From contig CAWHHI010000012.1 in assembly GCA_963829055.1 (NCBI GenBank), positions 160,001 to 224,000 on the forward strand: a stretch of DNA of 64,000 nt, in the 5' to 3' direction. The translations under genes and the position numbers were made by a program. This document shows, in pieces, positions 43,350 through 55,307 of this stretch; position 1 is the stretch's first letter; every line of letters starts with the position of its first letter. This DNA is from an uncultured Gemmatimonadaceae bacterium (GTDB taxonomy: Bacteria > Gemmatimonadota > Gemmatimonadetes > Gemmatimonadales > Gemmatimonadaceae). The notes under the pieces were generated by a model. The model did not search any database. It was not told the origin of the DNA and worked only from the letters and a program-made list of their open reading frames with translations.

Positions 43350-44190
43350 TCAAAGCTCGCGCACCCACTCGAGTACGACAGCCTCGAACCGTCCGGCCGC
43401 CTCACGCGTCGTCGCGATCACTTCCTCGTGATCGATGGGAGCCGTCGTGATCCCGCACGCGAGGTTGGTCACACAGCTCATGCCGGCAACCCGCATCCCG
43501 CTGGCCCTCGCGGCAATGACTTCGGGCACAGTGGACATGCCAATAGCGTCGAGACCGAAGCGTTCGAGCATCCGCACTTCCGCGGGTGTTTCGTACGAAG
43601 GGCCTAACGCCCAGCCGTAGACCCCTTCGACGAGCGATACACCCGCCCGTTTCCCGGCCTGGTGCAACGCCGCTCGCAGCGCAGCGTCGTAGGGGTTGGA
43701 CATGTCCGGGAACCGATCATCACCCGGCTCGACCGCGCCGAACAGCGGGTTCCGTCCGGTCAGGTTCGCGTGGTCCGCTATGACCATCAGGTCGCCCGGG
43801 CGGAACGTTCGCCGGATCCCCCCCGCCGCGTTGGACACGAACAACACCTCGGCGCCTAACGCCGCGAGGACACGCGCCGGTAACGCGGCGAGGGTGGCGT
43901 CGTGGCCCTCGTACATGTGAAACCGTCCCGCCAGCGCGACGGCAGGCCGGCCTGCCAGCGATCCCGCGACGAGCATGCCGGGATGCCCGATGACCGTGGG
44001 CGTGGGGAAACCGGGAATGTCGGCGTACGCGACACGCCGCGCGTTTTCGAAGCGCCCAGCCAGACCGGCGAGCCCGGAGCCCAGGATGAGGCCCACGGCC
44101 GGTGTCTCTGTTCCGATGCGATCCTGGATCGCTCGGGCGGCCTGAGCGGCGGCCGCTTTGCCGAATCGAGGAACTCGCGGTCACACTCAC
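43350..44190 (-). CDS. punA: Purine nucleoside phosphorylase, trimeric type (start region possibly frameshifted)
   Basis: LILGSGL, GRFHMYEG, SNAAGG, GPSYETPAE, GMSTVPE. Confidence 0.93.
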
Positions 44191-45233
44191 GACTGCTCTG
44201 ACCGCAGAACAGCAATGTCCGCTTTGGCCTTCCCGATGAGCATTGCGCGCTCGTCGTCCGACAGGAACGCGCTCTCGAAGCCGTTCAGCGCGACGGCGCA
44301 GAGCTCGTCGAACGAGAAGTCGAGTCGTTCGGCCGCATGGATGTATTCGTCTGTGAGCGTGGTGCCGCTCATCAGACGATTGTCAGTGTTGAGCACGACG
44401 TTCATGCCGGCGTCGAAGTACCGACGGAACGGATGCGCTTCGTAGGATTCGGCGGCGTGCGTCTGGACGTTACTCGTCAGGCAGATCTCGAGCGCGACGT
44501 GCCGCTCGTTCAGATCCTCGGTGAGCGCGGCATCTTCGATGAGCCGAGTGGCGTGGCCGATACGTTGCGCACCGCAGGCGTAGACTGCCTCGCGCACGGA
44601 ATGCGCACCTGCGCCTTCGCCCGCGTGACACGTGCACGCGAGCCCATGCTCGCGTGCATGCTCGAACGCCCTTGCGTGCTCCGATGCCGGGTGGCCGCGC
44701 TCGCCGCCCGCGAGGTCGAATCCGACGACGCCGCGCCCCCTGTAGTCCACCGCGAGGCGCGCCAGCTCCATCGAGATGCCGGGCGAGAGATTGCGCAGCG
44801 CGCAGATGATCAGGCGGCTCACGATTCCGTGGTCGCGCTGCGCGCGCTCGACGCCGCGAAGCGCGGCCTCCACGGTGTCGCCGAGCGTCAGGTCATGCCG
44901 CGTGTTGAGGACCGGCGAGTAGCGCATCTCAATGTATCGCACACCCTCCGCGGCCGCGTCTTCCGCCAGCTCGTACGCGATGCGCTCGAGCGACTCGGCT
45001 GTCTGCATCACCGACAGCGTGATATCAAAGCGCGTCAGATAGTCTTCGAGGTTCTGCGCATCACGAACGACCATGAATTCGCGCAATGCATCGACATCGT
45101 CCGCGGGCATCGGCACGTGGTGGTCACGCCCGAGCTCGAGCAGGGTCGACGGACGAACCGATCCGTCGAGATGGCAGTGGAGCTCGGCTTTCGGGAGCCG
45201 GCGCAGCAGCGCGCGGGCGGGGATTGGCGACAT
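44187..45233 (-). CDS. add: Adenosine deaminase
   Basis: PKAELHCHLDGS, GFDLAG, HAGE, RIGH, EICLTSN, NTDN. Confidence 0.95.
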   Translation of the reverse strand: MSPIPARALLRRLPKAELHCHLDGSVRPSTLLELGRDHHVPMPADDVDALREFMVVRDAQNLEDYLTRFDITLSVMQTAESLERIAYELAEDAAAEGVRYIEMRYSPVLNTRHDLTLGDTVEAALRGVERAQRDHGIVSRLIICALRNLSPGISMELARLAVDYRGRGVVGFDLAGGERGHPASEHARAFEHAREHGLACTCHAGEGAGAHSVREAVYACGAQRIGHATRLIEDAALTEDLNERHVALEICLTSNVQTHAAESYEAHPFRRYFDAGMNVVLNTDNRLMSGTTLTDEYIHAAERLDFSFDELCAVALNGFESAFLSDDERAMLIGKAKADIAVLRSEQS

Positions 45234-45242
45234 GGAGCGGGT

Positions 45243-45473
45243 CTAGTCGTTAGGCTCGTCGGCGTCGTGCCGGCGGCGGGCGGGCAGCACGCGGAAGATC
45301 GCACCACCGTGGAGGGGCGCATCGGGGGCGGTCGGAAGGCCGCGGCTGTCCGCGATCACACGTTCGCCGACAGCAACTTCGTCGGCCGCGGCGGCGTTCC
45401 AGGCGCGCACCGCGTCCAGCGCCGTCGAACCCGGCGGAAGGTCGAGACCCGTAGCGTTGACGTAGACTCGCAT
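45243..45473 (-). CDS. Small protein, possibly beta-grasp (ThiS/2Fe-2S-like) fold
   Basis: MRVYVNATGLDLPPGSTALDAV resembles a beta-grasp N-terminus; tightly packed in the operon. Confidence 0.6.
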   Translation of the reverse strand: MRVYVNATGLDLPPGSTALDAVRAWNAAAADEVAVGERVIADSRGLPTAPDAPLHGGAIFRVLPARRRHDADEPND

Positions 45474-45487
45474 CGTGGTGGGGCGAT

Positions 45488-48400
45488 TCAAGGGAGAGCG
45501 GCGGTCAGGCGTGATTCGAACGGATACCGCAGCGGCTGCGGCCGGGATTGGACGTAGCGTATCAGGGCGTCGAGGTCAGGGATGCCGAGTGGCTCGGTCT
45601 TGAGTGCCTGGCCCGCGAGGCCCAGCCCATCGCCGCCCGCGACGAGGAAGTTCGTGAGCACGAGCGTGTACGTCGCGTCGTCACGCAGCGGCTGACCGTT
45701 CGCCATTGCGACGCTGACCGAGCCGCGAGCCCGGCGGCTTGGCCGGAGCATAGACGATGGTCACGCCGCTCACGTGCGCGTTGATCTCGTCGCGCCCGAC
45801 GAGTCGCTCGAGGTACGCGCGCAGGTCCCGCCCGCGGACGGTGAGCCGATACAGCGTGTTGGCGAACGGATGGATCTCGAACAGGCTGCCGTACGTCGCC
45901 TGCCCCGCTTGCAGATCCGCACGAATGCCGCCGTTGTTCATCACGGCGACGTCCCCCTTCCCCGCCGCGCGCTGCGCGTCGGCGATGAGGTTGCCCAACG
46001 CATACTGTCGCCCGGACCGACGCAGCGGCTCGGCGATCTGCGCGATCGGGCGGCCCATCTCGGCCGCGACGGCGGCGACCACGCGCTTGACGAGTGAGTC
46101 CACTCCGGGATTCGGCACGACGGAATCAGCCAGCACGTCACGGACGTCGATGGTGGCGGCCCCGCCGCCTAACGGCACGTCGATGACACCGACGGCACGT
46201 CCGTGCGACCGCGCCTGGACGATCGGGATCCCGTTCACGTGCGTGTTCACGAACGAATGGGTGTGGCCGCTCACGATGGCGTCCACGCGCTCGGTGATGC
46301 CGCGAGCGAGGTCGATGATCTCGCCGTCGCATGTCGGCTCGCCAGCGGACGCACGCTGGCAGAACGCGCCAGCATGGGCGACGACGACCACCGCCTCGGC
46401 ACCCCGCGCGCGAAGTGCGCGAGCGCGCTCGTTCACGAGCGGAGCCGGCGCGGGGAACGTGAGGTCAGCGATATTCAGAACGAGCGTCGTGCGCGGGGTC
46501 TCCACTGTCGAGACCGCCGATGACGCCGACCTTGACCCCGCCTACGGAGATCAACGTGTCGTCCGGCATCCACGCGACGTCCCGGCCATCCGCGAAGCGA
46601 ACGTTCGCGCCGAGAATCGGGTAGCGCGCCTGCCGCATGCGCGCGCGCAGCGAATCGCGCCCCCAGTCCCATTCGTGGTTGCCTAACGCTGCCGCCGAGT
46701 AACCGAGCTTGTTGTACAGCTCGACGACGGTTGCGCCGTACGTACGGTTCGATGCGGCGGAGCCCTGGAACATGTCGCCGCCGTCGAGCAGCATGCTCGT
46801 GCACGTCGTTCGCGCCGCGCACTCGGCGCGCGCCTGCGTGATGACGGTCGCGACGTATGCGGCCCCGCCACGGCGGATGCCCGCGGAGTCGGGGCGCGGC
46901 TCGAACGACCCGTGGAAGTCGTTCGTCGCGATGATTCGCAGCGTGCGGCCAGGCGGCACCGGAAGGGGCGTCGGGTGCGGACGGGGAATGCCCGCGGCGC
47001 CCAGCGCGGGCGGCGTGCGCACCGGGCCGCCCGCCGGCTCGGCGCGTGTTGCGGTGCATGGCGAGGTACGCAGCCTCGACCGCCGGCGCCGGCTCGAGAC
47101 GCCAGTTCGGCGTGAAGTACGCGTTAGGCTCGAGCGTGCGTTGTCGCGTGACCTCGTCGATCAACAGTTGGCGAAGCTCCTGCTGCTTGTCGTACACGAC
47201 TGGCGCGCCCTGCAGCATCGCGTAGCCGCCGCCACCGCTTTGTCGATAGTTGTTCAGCGCGAGCGTGAATGTGTCGGTGTCCGCCACGGGCTTTCCCTTC
47301 ACACTCAACGTCGTGACGCGTGATCCGATCGGACGCGACACGTCCATGACGTAGTCGGCACCTGCCACGATGTCGAAGTTGTAGCCCGGGATGCGCTCGT
47401 TCACGAGCGGCGTGGTTCGACCGGTGTCGCCGGCGAAGGTCCGGTAGTACCGCGCGCTGAACTCGAGGTAGTCGCGCAGCTGGCGTCCGGAGATACGCAC
47501 GGCCCGCAGCGTGTTGTCGTACGGATACAGCCGCGCGAGCTCGGCGACGGTCACAGGGCCTGCGTCGAGTGCGGCATCGAGCGAGAAGGCGGAGCCGGCA
47601 GCAAGGTCCGCTCCGGCCGTGCGACGCTCCACCTCGAGCACGAAATCCATGAGAGGTGTATCGCGAACTCGGGCTGAGTCGCCGCGCCACGCGCTGGTGG
47701 TCGTGCCGACGGGACGATTGACGTACGCGATGGTTGCGGTGTGCGCGCGCGACACCGCGCTTACGACCGCCGGATTCTCAGCGTGGCCGGCGGACTGCAC
47801 CGTTGTACCGCGGCTGCTGGCGATGCGCCATTGCCCTGCACTGCGTTCCACCACGAGGTGCGCGACGCCGACGCTCGTCGCCCAGTTCTTCGGCTGAAGC
47901 AGGCGCGTCGTGCCGATGACGCTGTCAGCGAGCTCCTGATGCGAATGGCCGAACACAAGAAGATCGATGCCGGGAACTTCACGGGCGACACGTGCTGCGA
48001 CGTTCTCACTGGGCAACCCGGTCGTCACCGTGTCGTAGCTCGACTGACCGGTGAGGCCCGAGTGCAGCGTCACGACGATGACGTCCGCGCCTTTTGCGCG
48101 CGCATCGGCAACCGCGGTGCGCACCTCGGGGACGATGTCACGGATCACGACGCGTCCCCGGAGGTTGTCGCGATCCCACAGCATCGATCCGGGAGTCGTC
48201 GCGCCGACGATGCCGACCCGCACGTCACCGCGTTTCACGATGACGAACGCCGGATAGGCCCGTGCGCCGTTGGCGAGGTACGCGTTCGCGGCCAGAAAGG
48301 GGAACGACGCCTCCCGAATGGCGCGGCCGAGCGTGGAGAGGCCGTAGTTGAACTCGTGGTTACCGACCGCGGACGCGTCGTACCGCATGACATTCATCGC

Positions 48401-48749
48401 GGCAATGACCGGGTGAGGACCGGTCGTATCGACACGCGCACCAACGAACGCGAGCGGATTCCCCTGTAACAGGTCGCCCGCATCGACGAGGACGACGCGG
48501 TCGGGGTTCGCCGTCCGAACGGAATCGACGATGGTCGCCGCTCGAGAGAGCCCCCGGAGCGAGTCGGCGCCGCCCGCGTAGTAGTCCCAACCCGTGAGGC
48601 GACCGTGAACATCGGTGGTGGCCGCAACGACGAGGTCGAAGGACTCGGCGGGACTACCGGTCCGACGGTTCGCCGCACACGAATGCGATCCACGGCGCGA
48701 ACCCGAACAGGAGCGCGCGGCGCGCGAGGGAGGACACGGGACGTGACAT
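45488..48749 (-). CDS. Exported tandem nucleotidase: CpdB-like 2',3'-cyclic phosphodiesterase/3'-nucleotidase plus 5'-nucleotidase (several frameshifts)
   Basis: Two full metallophosphoesterase motif sets (TTDVHG/DAGD/GNHEFN/GHSH and TNDFHG/DGGD/GNHEWD/GHTH), each followed by a nucleotidase C-terminal domain (LYPYDN; NNGGIR, HPFAN). Confidence 0.88.
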
Positions 48750-48819
48750 TGGGGAAAGGTACGTCAGTGCCGCAGCCGGCAGAATCCAGTGGTGGTACGG
48801 TTGTGCGATTGACGAACCG

Positions 48820-49572
48820 ATGGAGGCCGACAAGCTTGATCGCATGCCGATACAGAACCGTGACGGTGCGGACGCTTCTCTTTACGACGTCGGCACGCGA
48901 ACGTCCGGCGAGAGCAGTGCAGCCGAGTCGTTGGACGCGTCGCACAGGAAGCCGCTGGTGATAGGCATTGCCGGTGGCTCGGGGTCCGGGAAATCGACGG
49001 TCGCGCGAAAAGTTGGTGAAGCGATCTCGCGGTCGTCGGTCGCGTTTCTCGACATGGATGCCTACTATCGCAACTTCGCGCATCTTCCGATGGAAGATCG
49101 CAAGCGCGTGAACTGGGATCACCCCGAGGCGTTCGACACGAGGTTGTTCGCGTCGCAGGTACGAGACCTATGTGCCGGGAAGCCTGTGGACAAACCCGTC
49201 TACGACTTCGTCACGCACACACGAAGTCCGCGCACGGAGCATGTGAGTCCGGCGAATGTGCTCGTGCTCGACGGCATTCTGCTCTTCGTGGACGAGGAGA
49301 TGCGGGCGCTGTGTGACGTGAAGGTGTTCGTCGACGCAGACCCCGACATTCGACTCATCCGGCGTCTCCGACGTGACGTGCAGAAGCGTGGGCGGACGCT
49401 CGACGATGTGATCGCGCAGTACCTCGAGACCGTTCACCCCATGCATTTGCAATTCGTCGAACCGAGTAAACGTTATGCGGACGTGATCGTGCCACGAGGA
49501 GGGCACAACGCCATCGCCATCGAGATGATCGTCGCGAAAATCCAGCACCGCCTGCGCGGGCGGCCGGCGTGA
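48820..49572 (+). CDS. udk: Uridine kinase
   Basis: IGIAGGSGSGKST, NWDHPEAFD, RRLRRDV, FVEPSKRYAD; start uncertain. Confidence 0.95.
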   Translation: MEADKLDRMPIQNRDGADASLYDVGTRTSGESSAAESLDASHRKPLVIGIAGGSGSGKSTVARKVGEAISRSSVAFLDMDAYYRNFAHLPMEDRKRVNWDHPEAFDTRLFASQVRDLCAGKPVDKPVYDFVTHTRSPRTEHVSPANVLVLDGILLFVDEEMRALCDVKVFVDADPDIRLIRRLRRDVQKRGRTLDDVIAQYLETVHPMHLQFVEPSKRYADVIVPRGGHNAIAIEMIVAKIQHRLRGRPA

Positions 49573-50291
49573 CACAGACTCCCGTGAGCGGCGAGCGCCT
49601 GCTCGTCGTGGACGACGAACCCGATATCGCGGCGCTCGTCTCGTTTCATCTGGTGAAAGCCGGGTACCGCGTCTCGACAGCGGCCAATGGGACGGACGCG
49701 ATCGCGCAGACGCGACAGGAGCATCCCGTCCTGATCGTTCTCGATCTCATGCTTCCCGGCATGTCGGGCTACGAGGTGCTCGAGCAACTGCGCGCCGACA
49801 ATGCAACGCGAGATGTCGCGGTGCTCATGCTCACCGCGCGCAAGGAAGAGCAGGATCGCATTCGCGGTCTCTCGCTCGGCGCCGATGACTATCTGACGAA
49901 ACCGTTCAGCCCGCAGGAGCTCGTGCTTCGTGTGGGCGCGATCCTCCGCCGCGTTGCGCAGGCCCCGTCGCCAGCGGCCGACGTTCTGCGCATCGGGACG
50001 CTGCAGATCGACCGCGGCGCGCATCGCGTCGCCGTCGACGGCGCGGACGTCGAGCTCACGCCGACCGAATACCGCCTGCTCGTCACGCTGGCAGAGCGTC
50101 GCGGGCGCGTGCAGGCGCGCGGTCATCTGCTGGAGACCGTGTGGGAAGCGGCGCCGGACATCCAGACCCGAACGGTGGACATGCACGTGCAGCGACTGCG
50201 GACGAAGCTCGGGTCCGCCGGCGACCTGATCGAAACGGTTCGCGGATTCGGCTATCGGTTGCGCACGGCGGGGCAGTCACGCAGCGCGTGA
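49569..50291 (+). CDS. phoB: PhoB-like response regulator (OmpR family)
   Basis: VVDDE, LDLMLP, GADDYLTKPFSP, TRTVDMHVQRLR, ETVRGFGY; adjacent to phoR and pst genes. Confidence 0.88.
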   Translation: MTQTPVSGERLLVVDDEPDIAALVSFHLVKAGYRVSTAANGTDAIAQTRQEHPVLIVLDLMLPGMSGYEVLEQLRADNATRDVAVLMLTARKEEQDRIRGLSLGADDYLTKPFSPQELVLRVGAILRRVAQAPSPAADVLRIGTLQIDRGAHRVAVDGADVELTPTEYRLLVTLAERRGRVQARGHLLETVWEAAPDIQTRTVDMHVQRLRTKLGSAGDLIETVRGFGYRLRTAGQSRSA

Positions 50292-50301
50292 CCACGCCGA
50301 C

Positions 50302-52020
50302 GTGAAGCTCACCCAGCGGCTGCTCATCGGCTCGCTTCTCATAGTTGGCGTCCTCGTCGCGCTCGTCGTCGCAATTCTCGACGGACGGTTGCGACTCCGG
50401 TTCTACGAGGAGAGCTCGGCTGCCCTACTCCGCGAAGCACGCCTCGTTGCCGCTCAATGGCGACCCGGCCTGAACGTCGACTCGCTCGCGAATGCAGCCG
50501 GCGGGGCACTCGGCCATCGAGTTACGCTCATCGACTCGTCGGGCAAGGTCGTCGGCGACTCCGAGTTCGATCCACCGGCACTCGGCGAGCTCGAGAACCA
50601 CCTAACGCGGCCCGAGGTGCAGGATGCACTGCGCGGCGGCACTGGCACTTCACGGCGCGTGAGCCCGTCGGCCGGAGACGAGGAGCTGTACGCGGCGGTG
50701 CGCTCGGGCCACGGCGTCGCCCGTGTCTCTGTGAGTGCAGTCGCAATCCAACAACTGTTCGCGCGCGCGCGCGCCGACGTACTCGTGGCGGCAGGCATCG
50801 CGCTCGCGCTCGCGTTCGTGCTCGCGTGGTTCTTCTCGCAGTCCGTTGCGCGTCCGGTGGTCGAGCTCCGGGACGTGGCGCGATCACTCGCCGCCGGAGA
50901 TCTCAAGCGTCGGCCCTCGCTCGCCGCTCCGGGCGAAGTCGGCGACCTCGCCAGTGCGATTCATCGACTGGCCGAGCAGTTGAGCAGTCGGCTCGAAGCG
51001 CTCGAGGCGGAAGAAGTGAGGCTCGTCGCGCTGACCGAGTCGCTCAACGAGGGCGTCATCGCGATCGACGCGCGACAGCAAGTCGCGCAGGTGAACCAGC
51101 GCGCGCGTGACCTGCTCGGTCTCAAGGACACCGTTCCGTTTCCTGCGTCCAACCTGCCACGGGAGCGCGGGCTCCGGGAAGCGATCGGCACTGCGCTGGC
51201 GGGCCACGCCGTCGACGCGCATGAGGTACAGATCGGCGGGCGCGAGCTCGCGCTCACCGCGCGGCCACTGCAGACGGGCGGCGCGGTCATCGCGCTGTTT
51301 GATCTCACGCCGGTACGACGCCTGGAGATCGTGCGCCGCGACTTCGTGGCGAACGTCTCGCACGAGTTGCGGACGCCGCTCACCGTCATCGGCGGCTTCG
51401 CCGAGACCCTGCTGGACGATTCGCTCCCTGACGAGCAGCGGCGTCAGTTCACGCAAACCGTGCTCGCGAACACGCAGCGCATGCAGCGCCTCGTGGACGA
51501 CCTGCTGGACCTCTCGCGCATCGAGTCCGGCGGGTGGAAGTCCAAGCCGGTGCGGACCGATGTGCGCGCGCTCGCCTCCGAAGCGTTGGCGGCAGTCGAG
51601 CAGCAGCACCCGGAGAAGCACCTGGATCTGCGACTGGAGATCGGTGCTGGGGCGACGCATGTCTGGGCTGATCCCACCGCCTTGCGTCAGGTGCTGGCGA
51701 ACCTCGTCGACAACGCGGTGCGGCACACCAATCAGGGTACGGTGACGGTCTACTCGCAACGCGCGCCGGGTGGCGTCGCGGTTGGCGTTCGCGACACCGG
51801 CATCGGGATACCGGCCGAGCATCTGCCGCGGATCTTCGAGCGCTTCTATCGTGTGGACGCCGGCCGCTCCCGCTCCGAGGGCGGCACCGGCCTCGGGCTG
51901 GCCATCGTGAAGCATCTCGTCGAGGGCCACCGCGGCCGCGTTAGGGCCGAGAGCACGGTCGGCCGCGGCACGAACATCTGGGCGGAATTCCCCGAGGCCA
52001 CGTCCGTTACAGCGACGTGA
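50302..52020 (+). CDS. phoR: PhoR-like sensor kinase (TM-HAMP-PAS-HisKA-HATPase)
   Basis: ENHLTRPEV, RRDFVANVSHELRTPLT, RIFERFYRVD, GGTGLGLAIVKH. Confidence 0.9.
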   Translation: MKLTQRLLIGSLLIVGVLVALVVAILDGRLRLRFYEESSAALLREARLVAAQWRPGLNVDSLANAAGGALGHRVTLIDSSGKVVGDSEFDPPALGELENHLTRPEVQDALRGGTGTSRRVSPSAGDEELYAAVRSGHGVARVSVSAVAIQQLFARARADVLVAAGIALALAFVLAWFFSQSVARPVVELRDVARSLAAGDLKRRPSLAAPGEVGDLASAIHRLAEQLSSRLEALEAEEVRLVALTESLNEGVIAIDARQQVAQVNQRARDLLGLKDTVPFPASNLPRERGLREAIGTALAGHAVDAHEVQIGGRELALTARPLQTGGAVIALFDLTPVRRLEIVRRDFVANVSHELRTPLTVIGGFAETLLDDSLPDEQRRQFTQTVLANTQRMQRLVDDLLDLSRIESGGWKSKPVRTDVRALASEALAAVEQQHPEKHLDLRLEIGAGATHVWADPTALRQVLANLVDNAVRHTNQGTVTVYSQRAPGGVAVGVRDTGIGIPAEHLPRIFERFYRVDAGRSRSEGGTGLGLAIVKHLVEGHRGRVRAESTVGRGTNIWAEFPEATSVTAT

Positions 52021-52043
52021 CGGGCGCGCACTGATGGCGTGAC
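52006..52043 (+). promoter_or_regulatory. Pho-box-like 11-bp-period repeats
   Basis: GTTAC 52006, GTGAC 52017, GTGAC 52039. Confidence 0.6.
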
Positions 52044-52057
52044 GGCGCCGGGAGAGC

Positions 52058-52459
52058 TTGAGCGCAACGCCCTCCGGAGCCCCGGTGATCCACAAGTCTG
52101 GACTTACGATAGAATCCCACGCGAGCGCCGCCAGTGCGTATCTCAGCGGCCCGCTCTCGCTCGGGTTGACGGCCCGTGCCATCAGCGCGTTCTGCGCGTT
52201 GCCGACGCGCGTGCGTGCCCTACGCGTCGACCTCCGGGCCATCACGGTCTGCGATGTCGACGCCCTGCTCATGCTCGAATCGCTCGTCGTCGAGTGGTGT
52301 CATGCGCGACGCGGTGTGAGTCGTATTACACGACCGCGCGTCGGCGGCCGTGACCCGTTCGTTGCAATTCCGTGCGCGATTCGAGACGCGCCTGACGCAC
52401 AGTTAGGACCAGAGCGTGATGTTCGAGTCCTCTCGTCGCCACCTACTCTCATCTGGTGA
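52058..52459 (+). CDS. Small STAS-like protein
   Basis: LSGPLS...VDLRAITVCDVDALLMLESL resembles the STAS lDls.v.fiDSsgl pattern; start uncertain (GTG at 52085 possible). Confidence 0.5.
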   Translation: MSATPSGAPVIHKSGLTIESHASAASAYLSGPLSLGLTARAISAFCALPTRVRALRVDLRAITVCDVDALLMLESLVVEWCHARRGVSRITRPRVGGRDPFVAIPCAIRDAPDAQLGPERDVRVLSSPPTLIW

Positions 52460-52460
52460 A

Positions 52461-55300
52461 ATGGACACAATCTTGTCGGATCTCGGGCTCGCGGTGCGGG
52501 CTCGTTTCGTACGTAGCATTCTCTTCGTCGCGTGTGTGGCTGTTCCGTCGACGCCAATCGCACTCTCCGCGCAGCAGCCCGCTGCGCCCGAAGCCGCGCG
52601 CACGGGGCGCATCGTCGGCAGAATTCTGGACGCCGCGACCGGTCAGGGCCTGAGCGACGTCGGCGTGCAGATCGTCGGCACGACGTTAGGCACCTCGTCC
52701 GCGATCGAAGGCCGATACACCGTGGTGAACGTTCCCGCCGGCACTGTGACAATTCAGGTGCGACGGATCGGCTACGCACCGAAGACCGTCACTGGCATCC
52801 TGCTCGAATGCCGGCCAGACGCTCGAGCAGAACATCACGCATGCAGCCCGCCACGGTGCAACTGCAGGCGATGCAGGTGACTGCGGCCAACGAACGCGGC
52901 ACCGTGAACGAGGCACTGGACCAGCAGCGCACAGCGACTGGCATCGTGAGCTCCGTGACCGCAGAGCAGATCACGCGGAGCCCCGACAGCGACGCCGCGC
53001 AGGCCGTACAGCGGGTGAGCGGGGTGACGGTCCAGGATGGGCGCTATGTGTTCGTCCGCGGGCTCGGAGAGCGGTACACGACGGCGTCGCTGAATGGAGC
53101 GCGAATCCCGAGTCCGGAGCCGGAGAAGCGCGTGGTGCCGCTCGACATGTTTCCGTCCGGGCTTCTTCAGTCGATCACGACGTCCAAGACCTTCACGCCC
53201 GATCAGTCGGGCGATTTCAGCGGCGCGCAGGTCGACATCCGCACACGCGAGTTCCCGGCACGGCGGCAGATCACGTATTCGCTGACGACCGGGGTCAACT
53301 CCGGCTCTACCGGCTCGAACATCCTGACCGCTCCACGTGCCGGAGGCGAGCGGTTGGCCTTCGTCGGGACGAAGCGCGACCTGCCGTGGCTCGTCGCGTC
53401 CGTCGGCAACTTCCAGCAGATCAATCTCAATCAGGGCGACAAGAATCTCCTGATCAACACGTTCCGGAACTCGTGGGCGCCAGAGACCGAGCGCGCGTCG
53501 CCTAACGTCACAGCGTCCATGTCGGTCGGCGGGAACGACGCCATGCTCGGGCACCGCGTCGGCTATGTGGCGTCCGGGACATACTCGCTCGTGCAGGACC
53601 AGAAATCCGAACAGACGCGTGCGCTCGCTGATCGCGGCACCACCTTCGGCGAGACACGCGAGATCGACCACTTCGACGGTTCCACAGGGAGCTCGTCGGT
53701 GCTGTGGGGCGGACTCGTCAATCTGAGCACGCTCGTTGGCACGAACACGCGACTCATGTTCAACAACACGTACAACCGGACGGCGGACAACGACGCCCGG
53801 TCGGAGACGGGGTCCCTGGAAAACGAGGGCGTCCGTGCGCACATCGACCGGCTCCAGTACGTCGAGCGCAGCGTGCGGTCGAATCAGCTCGCCGGCGAGC
53901 ACCAGGTGGGAGACCGGCACAAGGTGGATTGGGCAGCGACGTCGTCGGCCGTCACGCGCGATGAGCCGGATCGCTCCGAGTTCGTGTCCGTTCTCGAACG
54001 CACGACGCCTAACGGGCCCGAGTCCTCGCTGTGGCTGAACACGGGCAACCAGGGCGCGGTCCGTACGTTCTCCAAGCTGGACGAACAGAGCAGCGAGGGG
54101 AAACTCAACTACCAGCTCACGTTCCCGTGGCGTGGGCGCGATAACCTGGTGAAGGTCGGTGGGCTCTACCGCGCCACTGACCGTGACGCCGACTCGCGCG
54201 CGTTCAGCATCAGCGCTGCGGCAGCGCCCTTGTCGGTCCGCGAGCTGCCGCCGGAGGAGCTGTTCGACGGGCGCTTCAGCCAGGGCGCGTCCAACGTGTT
54301 CGACATTGCTCCGTTGGGTCAGGGCGGTGCGTACGACGCGCGCGATCGGTTGACGGCGAGCTACGCCATGACGGAGATCGGCATCACGGACCGAGTTCGC
54401 TTCATTGGCGGCGCGCGGTTGGAGCTCGACAACGTCCGTGTCAACGCCGTGTCCACACTCGGGTCTCCGGTGTCGACGGACAAGTCGTGGACGGACGTGC
54501 TACCGTCAGCGGCCGTCAACGTTAGGCTGACGGAGGCGCAGAGCGTCCGTCTGTCGGTGTCCCGCACGCTTGCTCGCCCCGAATACCGCGAGCTCGCCCC
54601 GATCGCGAGTCGCGACGTGATTGGTGGCGACAACATCGAAGGGGACCCGAATCTCGAGCGTACACTCATCTCGAACGCCGACGTTCGCTGGGAGTGGTAT
54701 CCCAACGCCGGTGAAGTCGTGAGCGTGGCGCTGTTCGGCAAGCGTTTCGAGAAACCGATCGAGCGCGTGTATCGGCCCGTGGGAAGCGGATCGCGCACTG
54801 TGTTCTATCTGAACGCGGCAGGAGCCGACAACTACGGGATCGAGCTCGAGCTGCGGAAGAATATGGGTATCCTCGCGCGTGCGCTCGAGCCACTTACCGC
54901 CTTCACGAACGTCACGGTGATGGAGAGCAAGATCGAGCTCGGGGAGACGACCGCGAGCGCCACGAACAAGAATCGCCGGATGGTCGGGCAGTCTCCGTAT
55001 GTCGTTAACGCAGGACTCACGTACGCTCCGCTTCGCGGATCCACGAGCGCGACGCTGCTCTTCAATCGCGTCGGCGAGCGCATCGACGCCGCAGGCGATC
55101 AGCCCCTACCTGACGTGGTCGAGCAGGCGCGCACCGCACTGGATTTCTCGGTGCACTTCCCGCTGCTCTCCTCGCTCAGTGGACGCTTCGACGCCAAGAA
55201 TCTGCTCAATGATCCATACAAGACCGTGCAGGGCTCGGTCACGCGCGAATACTATCGCACCGGCCGCGTGCTCCAGCTTGGACTCGTGTGGCGTCCGTAG
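52461..55300 (+). CDS. TonB-dependent receptor with N-terminal carboxypeptidase-regulatory-like domain (frameshift near 52810-52840)
   Basis: GRIVGRILDAATG N-domain; plug SDAAQAVQRVSGV...VRGLGERY...VPLDMFP; barrel strands, KNLLN, C-terminal LGLVWRP. Confidence 0.92.
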
Positions 55301-55307
55301 TCGCGTT

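Noticed and set aside
44337..52272. Long antisense or alternate-frame ORFs (e.g. 44337-45557 +, 50884-52272 -)
   Set aside because: Shadow ORFs of real genes, expected in GC-rich DNA; Arg/Ala-rich with no recognisable motifs.
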